In this document: piece by piece, positions 58,208 through 64,000 of the stretch | How positions within the stretch are numbered: the stretch's first letter is position 1 | Layout of the letters: each line of letters begins with the position of its first letter | Virus record (IMG/VR): IMGVR_UViG_3300009104_001476 | Length of the DNA stretch: 64,000 nucleotides | From: a virus | Direction: 5' to 3' (one strand) | Made by a program: the position numbers and the translations under genes | The notes under the pieces: model-generated | The model's database searches: none | Seen by the model: the letters and a program-made list of their open reading frames with translations, nothing else | What the model was told of the DNA's origin: nothing

Positions 58208-58403
58208 AGTTAATTTCTTTCACTCGAATGCTGCCGAGTCGGGCAACATCAGGAAACATCTTTGCGGCTACTCTGTGAGCGTGTGCCATATCAAATGCTT
58301 GAATAGTTTCTGTTTGCTCGCAAGCGGGACGGCTAGGGTCAACTTGCGTTACTAGGGTTAGTTGGAATAGTTTGTCTTTTATCATGTCTGTTTCAATCAT
58401 CAT
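58203..58403 (-). CDS. hypothetical protein, leaderless
   Basis: MMIETDMIKDK..., driven by IR-promoter copy C. Confidence 0.65.
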   Translation of the reverse strand: MMIETDMIKDKLFQLTLVTQVDPSRPACEQTETIQAFDMAHAHRVAAKMFPDVARLGSIRVKEINW

Positions 58404-58446
58404 GCGTATAGTATAGCACATGAGGTGGGACATCCGTAGTCCTACC
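58401..58446 (-). promoter_or_regulatory. inverted-repeat promoter, copy C
   Basis: Same layout as copy B. Confidence 0.8.
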
Positions 58447-58475
58447 AAAAAGAAAGTTAGATTTTTTTTACTTGA

Positions 58476-58516
58476 GCACTTGGCACGAATCGTGCCGCAC
58501 GATCTATGCCAAGTGC
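58476..58516. repeat. 41-bp palindromic element, copy 8
   Basis: GCACTTGGCACGAATCGTGC-C-GCACGATCTATGCCAAGTGC. Confidence 0.95.
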
Positions 58517-58519
58517 AAT

Positions 58520-58528
58520 TGTGAATAA
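58520..58528 (-). promoter_or_regulatory. DnaA-box match TTATTCACA
   Basis: TGTGAATAA on + strand, 3 bp after element 8. Confidence 0.55.
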
Positions 58529-58605
58529 CTTTATGCAGAAACACCCTTGACAAAGGGCGATTTATGTGGTATACTATATGTATTGAGAGTGAGAGATTAA
58601 AGATT

Positions 58606-58776
58606 ATGAAAACAGAAAGTATATTCACAGTAACCTTCACCGATGGTGGAGAGGTATTCATTAAAGCAATGGACGAGGCTCACGCCCGCCGTATCATAGC
58701 GAACAACGGCCTTTGGCGTAGGAATACAGAGGATGAGCCATTCGAGCGTACCATAAAAAAAGTTGAGAAAAATTAA
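58606..58776 (+). CDS. small hypothetical protein
   Basis: Promoter TTGACA 58547/TATACT 58570. Confidence 0.6.
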   Translation: MKTESIFTVTFTDGGEVFIKAMDEAHARRIIANNGLWRRNTEDEPFERTIKKVEKN

Positions 58777-58777
58777 T

Positions 58778-58823
58778 GGTGGGACAGCGGATGTCTCACC
58801 CCCTGTGCTATACTATACGTATG
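58778..58823 (+). promoter_or_regulatory. inverted-repeat promoter, copy D
   Basis: GGTGGGAC-AGCGGAT-GTCTCACC-N8-TATACT-N6-ATG. Confidence 0.8.
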
Positions 58824-59165
58824 AAAATGATTATGAAAGAACAAACAAACAAAGCAAACAACCTCATCCTCGGTGCGGTTTACATCAACGCAAACACGGG
58901 CGCACCTTGCCGCCTCGTTAACATCGTATCCTGCCAAGGTGTTTGGCTAGAGACTTATGATGGTCAAGGCTATGGTGATCTAGTTAAGTTTAAGGATTGC
59001 CATTATGCTGACATCGATGAGGTGAATGATTATCTTGAAGATCACCGTGTTTACAACGCGAGCAAGAAAGCTCCTACTCATAAGCCTGTTAACTATGACA
59101 CGTATTGGAACGTGCAAGGTTATTACGAAGATAGCTATGGCAACGACATTCGTTGCAGAGACTAA
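58821..59165 (+). CDS. hypothetical protein, leaderless
   Basis: MKMIMKEQ..., same first codons as 56177 gene. Confidence 0.7.
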   Translation: MKMIMKEQTNKANNLILGAVYINANTGAPCRLVNIVSCQGVWLETYDGQGYGDLVKFKDCHYADIDEVNDYLEDHRVYNASKKAPTHKPVNYDTYWNVQGYYEDSYGNDIRCRD

Positions 59166-59386
59166 CCTTATTACATTAACTAAACCTTTTTATATTATGA
59201 AGAAAAACAAACTACCCTACATCGGAAAAATCCAAGACCTCAACGATGAATTCAACAACGCATTCCGTGATGAAGTGTTTATGCCTATGGTCACATTCGC
59301 GGGAACGCTTATCCTGTTTACCATACTACTTGACTATTCGTTCCAACTCGTGGAAGCACTCGACATCATCCTAGCCAATTAAGATT

Positions 59387-59698
59387 ATGAGAATTATAGA
59401 ATTAGAAGAAGCAAGAGAGATTGCAAAGAGTAGTGAAGCAACTCATGTTCGGTTCACTTACGCGAACCATTCTTATCACGAGTACCCCATCGAAAAGCTA
59501 GGGGAAGCAATCGAGTCACACAAGTGGAGTCGTTTGGGTTTGCATTACGGAGTGAAGTTAAACGACGAGTGCGAGATTAAAAACGAGGGTATGGCTACTG
59601 GTTGGCGTATCGATGACTTCATTCAAATTGGTGAGGTTGACTATTCTTGGAACAACGAGCAAACGGGTTCACCCGCGTGGGAATACCACAGACGTTAA
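59387..59698 (+). CDS. hypothetical protein
   Basis: ORF track. Confidence 0.65.
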   Translation: MRIIELEEAREIAKSSEATHVRFTYANHSYHEYPIEKLGEAIESHKWSRLGLHYGVKLNDECEIKNEGMATGWRIDDFIQIGEVDYSWNNEQTGSPAWEYHRR

Positions 59699-59871
59699 AG
59701 TTGTTATTGAATTAATGAAAAATTATAGCACTCGCGGCCTGAGATATGGTCGGCGGGGGGTAATTTCAATCTTTCCGGCCGTTTCAAATCTTTGCATATA
59801 TAGGAAGGTCAAAAAATCCCGAACAGCTATATTAATTTAGGTCTTTCTCTATATAGAAACTATAATTATCG

Positions 59872-60594
59872 ATGCTTGTGCGAGAAAAAGATATAGATAA
59901 GGTTTTATTAGTTAATTTAGATAGCTCTACAAAAAGATATGCAGAATTTTCAGGTATAGAAGGCATAGAAAGGTTTCCCGCTATAGACTCTAGGGAAAAT
60001 TGGTTTGTATATAAGGACTACGATTTAAAACTAAAGCCTTTTTGGAATTGGGAAACATATTTCGCCCAAGGCAAGGGCGCGGTTGGTTGTTATTTGAGTC
60101 ATTATTTAATTTGGCAAAAAATAATAAAAGAAGACATAGATTTATGCTTGGTGCTTGAAGACGATGCTAATGCTGAAGATGTAAAAAACTTTTTAACTAC
60201 AACTCAAAAAAAATACTACGCCCACTCTAATAGCATAATCAATTTAAATAAGCGTAAACAGTTCAGAAATTACATGGTGGGGACAGAGTCATACCTTCTT
60301 GATAAAAAAGGCGCACAGAGCCTTGTGGAGGCAGTAAACGGTATAATTGAAGAACCTGTAGATAGATTTATGGGAAGGGCACATTATAGAAAAAGAATAA
60401 TAAAATTAATTTATGATCCATGTATAAATTTAAATTATGAAGTAGGAGGGTCTTGGGAGAGTAGTGAGGTCATGACAGACTACGCACCTTGGTCATTAAA
60501 AGACGAACAAGGGTGGACGCTGTCTTTAAAAGAGCAACATAAAATAATTAAAACCGAACATGGAGAAAAATGGTGGTGGGAAAAAGATGATTGA
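59872..60594 (+). CDS. glycosyltransferase family 25
   Basis: VNLD...R, RFPAID, GAVGCYLSH...W, VLEDDA, PVD. Confidence 0.88.
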   Translation: MLVREKDIDKVLLVNLDSSTKRYAEFSGIEGIERFPAIDSRENWFVYKDYDLKLKPFWNWETYFAQGKGAVGCYLSHYLIWQKIIKEDIDLCLVLEDDANAEDVKNFLTTTQKKYYAHSNSIINLNKRKQFRNYMVGTESYLLDKKGAQSLVEAVNGIIEEPVDRFMGRAHYRKRIIKLIYDPCINLNYEVGGSWESSEVMTDYAPWSLKDEQGWTLSLKEQHKIIKTEHGEKWWWEKDD

Positions 60595-61228
60595 TCATAA
60601 AAACAGATATATATACGTAAGGACACCGAAAGCTGCCTCTACAAGCATTCTCGGAGCGTTATTCCAACAACAAACGACCCATTTCTTCACTAACGTCAAT
60701 AAAGAGTTCCGAAGAAGGCTAATAAATGTCGAAACCTATTGGGAGGGTGATCGAAACCATTATCCTTTAAGCGTCATGAAGAAAATAGTCCATCCTCAAA
60801 TTATAAAAAATTATTTTAAATTTTCATTCGTTCGTAACCCGTGGGCTAGAGTTTTTTCTGCTTATAATTATGAAAAAGCGTGGCATGATGCGAATGGTCA
60901 CGAATTAGTTCATCACATAAAGGGTGATTTCAATGAATATGTTGAAAATTACGATAATTGGTACAAAACACATAAAACTACCTATTTTGAGTACACTGAA
61001 GGTTGTGACTTCATTGGCAAAATGGAAAATTTACAAAATGATTTTGATGAAATGTGCTCTTTAGGTAATTTGAAGACAAAAACGCTGAAACATCTTAATG
61101 TCACAGATAAAAAGATAGAAGCTAAAGGTAATTTTTTTAAATATAGAGATCACTATACCTCTAAGACTAAAGATATAATTTATAAAAAATTTAAAAAAGA
61201 TATAGAATTCTTCGAATATGAATATTAG
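60587..61228 (+). CDS. sulfotransferase family 2
   Basis: VRTPKAASTSI, FSFVRNPWARVFSAY, DFIGKMENL..DF. Confidence 0.88.
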   Translation: MIDHKNRYIYVRTPKAASTSILGALFQQQTTHFFTNVNKEFRRRLINVETYWEGDRNHYPLSVMKKIVHPQIIKNYFKFSFVRNPWARVFSAYNYEKAWHDANGHELVHHIKGDFNEYVENYDNWYKTHKTTYFEYTEGCDFIGKMENLQNDFDEMCSLGNLKTKTLKHLNVTDKKIEAKGNFFKYRDHYTSKTKDIIYKKFKKDIEFFEYEY

Positions 61229-61796
61229 TAAGATCTTTGAGATTGGCGTGATGAAAACGGGCACGACAAGCCTTGGGGCAGCTTTTAGACAGTTAGGCTA
61301 CAAGGACATGAAGTGGCATCCTGTAGCTTATAATAAATTTATTGAATCGCGGCATACTGATTATAAATCTCTATTTGATATTATTGATCAATACGAAGCA
61401 TTTCAAGATGGGCCGTGGCATGATTGTGATTTTAGAAAACTAGATGAGCATTACCCTAATAGTAAGTTCATTATATTAGAAAGAGATGATGAAAGTTGGA
61501 TTCGCAGTATGGAGTTACATAACTCACCAATCTATAATATAAATAAAATTCCTGATGAATATCTTCATGATGAATGGGTGCATGACAGATCTAATACTAT
61601 TGATAGAAAATTGAAATGGAAAAAAGAAAAATACAATAGAATAAAAAACTATTTTAAAGATAGGCCTAATGATCTATTAATTATGAATATTTGTGGCGGC
61701 GAAGGTTGGGAAAAGATTTGTCCCTTTTTGAATAAAGAAAAGCCTTCGTGGCCTTTCCCGATAAGGAACGTTTCTCCTACTCAAGAAAAAAATTAG
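61218..61796 (+). CDS. sulfotransferase-like P-loop protein
   Basis: IGVMKTGTTSL, FQDGPW, YPNSKFIILER, GWEKICPFL. Confidence 0.85.
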   Translation: MNISKIFEIGVMKTGTTSLGAAFRQLGYKDMKWHPVAYNKFIESRHTDYKSLFDIIDQYEAFQDGPWHDCDFRKLDEHYPNSKFIILERDDESWIRSMELHNSPIYNINKIPDEYLHDEWVHDRSNTIDRKLKWKKEKYNRIKNYFKDRPNDLLIMNICGGEGWEKICPFLNKEKPSWPFPIRNVSPTQEKN

Positions 61797-61859
61797 ATAT
61801 TCTATTTCAATATGAATGGGGCTTTCTGATAGATTGTCAAAAATAGTGTAACTATTATT

Positions 61860-62651
61860 ATGCCAGAAAAGAAAACTTCTTCTTCAGGGCCGAACAAACT
61901 TAAAATTCGTGGAGCAACGGAACTTGCAGAACAACTTACTGAAACAAATGAAAATCATGTGAAACAACATCAAGCAGCGAACCCGATAAAAACAAACATC
62001 AAGTTAAGACAATTCCCTTGGACAGAAAAACAAAAAGAATTTTTTAAAATTGCCCTGCACCCTTCTACTAATATAATCATCGTTAAAGGACCGGCAGGTA
62101 CTTCTAAAACATTATTAGCTACTTATTGTGCTCTTCAGTTATTAAACATGAAGGTAATAGATAATATCATGTACCTAAGGTCTGCTGTCGAGTCGTCTGA
62201 CAAAAGTTTAGGTTTTCTGCCGGGTACGGCTGAAGAAAAATTAAGATTTTTTAATTTACCTTTTTTAGATAAATTAGATGAACTTTTAGCTTCTATTAAA
62301 GCGGAAAAATTGGAAACCGAGAATCGCGTTTCCATGTTTCCTGTTGCATTTGCTAGAGGAATGAATTGGACAGACAAATGCGTTATCCTAGATGAAGCAC
62401 AGAATTCGACAATAAAAGAAATAACTACGGTTTTGACCCGATTAGGGAAAAACAGTAGATGCTTCATTTTAGCAGATCCAGCCCAAACGGACCTTCATGA
62501 GAATAAACAAGGAGGGATAGAGAAAATTAACGAAAAATTTTCTGACGAAGAAAGCCTACAAATGGGAATTTATACGTTTGAATTTACCGAAGAAGATATA
62601 ATGAGGTCAGAATTAGTAAAATTTATTGTGTCAAAACTTAATCAACTGTAA
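61860..62651 (+). CDS. phoH: PhoH family ATPase/helicase
   Basis: GPAGTSKT, LGFLPG, RGMNW, ILDEAQN, TRLG, DPAQTD, DIMRS. Confidence 0.93.
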   Translation: MPEKKTSSSGPNKLKIRGATELAEQLTETNENHVKQHQAANPIKTNIKLRQFPWTEKQKEFFKIALHPSTNIIIVKGPAGTSKTLLATYCALQLLNMKVIDNIMYLRSAVESSDKSLGFLPGTAEEKLRFFNLPFLDKLDELLASIKAEKLETENRVSMFPVAFARGMNWTDKCVILDEAQNSTIKEITTVLTRLGKNSRCFILADPAQTDLHENKQGGIEKINEKFSDEESLQMGIYTFEFTEEDIMRSELVKFIVSKLNQL

Positions 62652-62672
62652 TATAATATAGGAGTAAATCAT

Positions 62673-63494
62673 ATGCCTAAGAAAAAAACAAAAAACGATG
62701 CCGAAGAAGTATCTAACAAAGAAGAACCAATCCCTGTCGAGCTCGTAGAAGAGAGCGAAACAGACAAGCAAGTAAAACTTCAAAGCATCATCCAGTCTCA
62801 AGCGGAAGTTAAAAAAGTTGAAGCAGAGACGAGAAGGTCAGAAGCTGAAGCCTTAAAGGCTGAGGTGGAAGCTAAAAAAGTTTTTTACGCTTACGAAAAA
62901 GAACTACAGTCTGACGAAGAAAACTGCCTTTATCGCTTTTCGAGAGATGTCAACGAAAGCTCTGTATCTGGGTGTATGAAGAAGCTTACACAGTGGCACC
63001 GTAAAGCCCCAGAATGCCCCATAGAGGTCGTTTTCTCTTCTCCGGGGGGTAGTATCATAGATGGATTCGAATTATTCGATTTCCTGCAAGATTTGAGGAA
63101 TAAGGGGCACCACATTACGACAGGCTCATTAGGGATGGCTGCTTCGATGGCTGGCATTCTTTTACAAGCTGGAGACAAGAGGTGGATTGGTCACCAATCA
63201 TGGATGATGATTCATAGGGCCGCTTTTGGAGCGATTGGCAAAACTTACGAAATCGAAGACGAAGTTATGCTTGTAAAAAGGATAGAAGACAGAATCCTAG
63301 ACATATTTACTTCTAGGTCTAAATTATCTCAAGCTCAATTGAGAAAAAATTGGGATAGAAAAGACTGGTGGATTGACGCAGACGAATGTAAGAAATTAGG
63401 GCTAGTTGATGAAATTAGAGCAATGATGCCTGAGCACCTTAATGCTCCTAAAAGGAAGAGGAAGCCTAGGAAAAAGAGCATTAGAAAGAAATAA
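62673..63494 (+). CDS. clpP: ClpP-family serine protease with N-terminal coiled coil
   Basis: SSPGGS, GMAASMA (Ser), MIH (His), DWWIDADEC..LGLVD. Confidence 0.9.
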   Translation: MPKKKTKNDAEEVSNKEEPIPVELVEESETDKQVKLQSIIQSQAEVKKVEAETRRSEAEALKAEVEAKKVFYAYEKELQSDEENCLYRFSRDVNESSVSGCMKKLTQWHRKAPECPIEVVFSSPGGSIIDGFELFDFLQDLRNKGHHITTGSLGMAASMAGILLQAGDKRWIGHQSWMMIHRAAFGAIGKTYEIEDEVMLVKRIEDRILDIFTSRSKLSQAQLRKNWDRKDWWIDADECKKLGLVDEIRAMMPEHLNAPKRKRKPRKKSIRKK

Positions 63495-63526
63495 GGGTCT
63501 TAATAGAGTGTAAAGAGAAAATAGCT

Positions 63527-63679
63527 ATGAAAAAATTAATTGTATTTTGTGCGGCACTTTTTGTAATCGGCTGCAACTGGGGAAATTCCGGATGTCCGGA
63601 CTGTTCCTGCGAAGCGGGCTGTTGTTCATCCGACAGTTGCTCAGTTGCCGATTGCAATTGTGCGTGCGAGAAAGAGTAA
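63527..63679 (+). CDS. Cys-rich lipoprotein, metallothionein-like (50 aa, 11 Cys)
   Basis: Manual translation MKKLIVFCAALFVIGCNWGNSGCPDCSCEAGCCSSDSCSVADCNCACEKE; not in ORF track. Confidence 0.7.
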   Translation: MKKLIVFCAALFVIGCNWGNSGCPDCSCEAGCCSSDSCSVADCNCACEKE

Positions 63680-63685
63680 AAGTTT

Positions 63686-63901
63686 ATGGGAACTTGGAGT
63701 TCACGCATAGGCAAATTCAAAAAGAAAGACCCTAACCACGGATGGCTTTGGAAAAAAATTCAAGGTCAATTCCGTAAGGTTCGACACTGGTGCTGTAAGG
63801 CCGCTTTATGTAACTTCGACACATGTAAATGTGACTGCCACGAAAGAGATATACCTAACGACTGTAAGAATCCAAAATGCGGTTGTAAGAAAAAGCGATA
63901 A
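63686..63901 (+). CDS. basic Cys-rich small protein (9 Cys)
   Basis: WCCKAALCNFDTCKCDCH...DCKNPKCGC. Confidence 0.65.
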   Translation: MGTWSSRIGKFKKKDPNHGWLWKKIQGQFRKVRHWCCKAALCNFDTCKCDCHERDIPNDCKNPKCGCKKKR

Positions 63902-63912
63902 AAAAGCGTTGG

Positions 63913-64000
63913 TTAAAGCTTAGGTAGGTGGGCTAAATCTTTGTGTATTTCTTGACCTAGCTTGTTAATGGCTACTGCTCTTTCCCAGAGATCATCCTTC
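63913..64000 (-). CDS. 3' end of a gene truncated by the window edge
   Basis: Open frame KDDLWERAVAINKLGQEIHKDLAHLPKL-stop. Confidence 0.45.
   Translation of the reverse strand, partial: KDDLWERAVAINKLGQEIHKDLAHLPKL

Noticed and set aside
48930-58516. CRISPR array
   Set aside because: Repeats are 0.7-1.8 kb apart with genes between them, not 30-40 nt spacers; no cas genes.
48930-58516. Integron attC cassette array
   Set aside because: No RYYYAAC/GTTRRRY core sites, cassettes carry their own promoters, and no IntI is in the window.
48930-58516. Intrinsic terminators
   Set aside because: No U-tracts follow the elements; true terminators occur separately just upstream of some (50195, 55313).
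59700-59870. Genome terminus at the early-region/glycosyltransferase junction
   Set aside because: The change in gene style is suggestive, but no terminal repeat can be shown from this window.
715-63720. Numerous antisense and nested ORFs in the track (e.g. 33594..34028, 34938..35339, 49100..49630, 63481..63720)
   Set aside because: They shadow well-supported genes on the other strand or frame and lack motifs or start signals.
1-64000. Bacterial chromosome or CPR genome
   Set aside because: No housekeeping operons; rIIA/B, GP88, DUF932, HNHs and dense short ORFs with repeated phage-style promoters indicate a large phage. Lack of structural genes means this is not formally proven.
1-64000. 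Alternative genetic code (stop recoding)
   Set aside because: Recognisable enzymes are full length in the standard code, and genes end in TAA, TAG and TGA.

Overview
This window looks like a gene-dense segment of a large (probably jumbo) lytic bacteriophage genome, not a bacterial chromosome. It carries rIIA/rIIB, PhoH, ATP-dependent DNA ligase, a GP88-like protein, DUF932, a SleB-type hydrolase, HNH endonucleases and dozens of short ORFs, with no housekeeping operons and no virion structural genes. Almost everything is on the + strand. 1-33 kb and 59.8-64 kb hold host-like metabolic genes: glycosyl-, methyl- and sulfotransferases, GlmS, PMM, CysC, GuaC, lysine/ornithine/proline catabolic enzymes, histidine decarboxylase, bS21, a MotA/ExbB + ExbD-like pair and ClpP. 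33-48 kb holds DNA-metabolism and transcription genes: Ogg-like glycosylase, ligase, RpoD-like sigma, tRNA-Leu(UAA), rIIA/B and RuvB. The most unusual part is 48.4-59.7 kb. It opens with a ~480-nt highly base-paired candidate ncRNA, followed by an early-type region of short, mostly leaderless genes. That region is partitioned by eight exactly 41-bp palindromes, each made of two head-to-head sigma54(-24/-12)-like half-sites, four of them with an adjacent DnaA-box match. It also contains a second four-copy inverted-repeat promoter family, an apparently inverted three-gene cassette bounded by two of the palindromes, and an ArfA-like ribosome-rescue peptide. Protein calls come from motif recognition by eye; no database search was run. 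A PVC-superphylum (Verrucomicrobia/Planctomycetes-like) host is only a weak guess.
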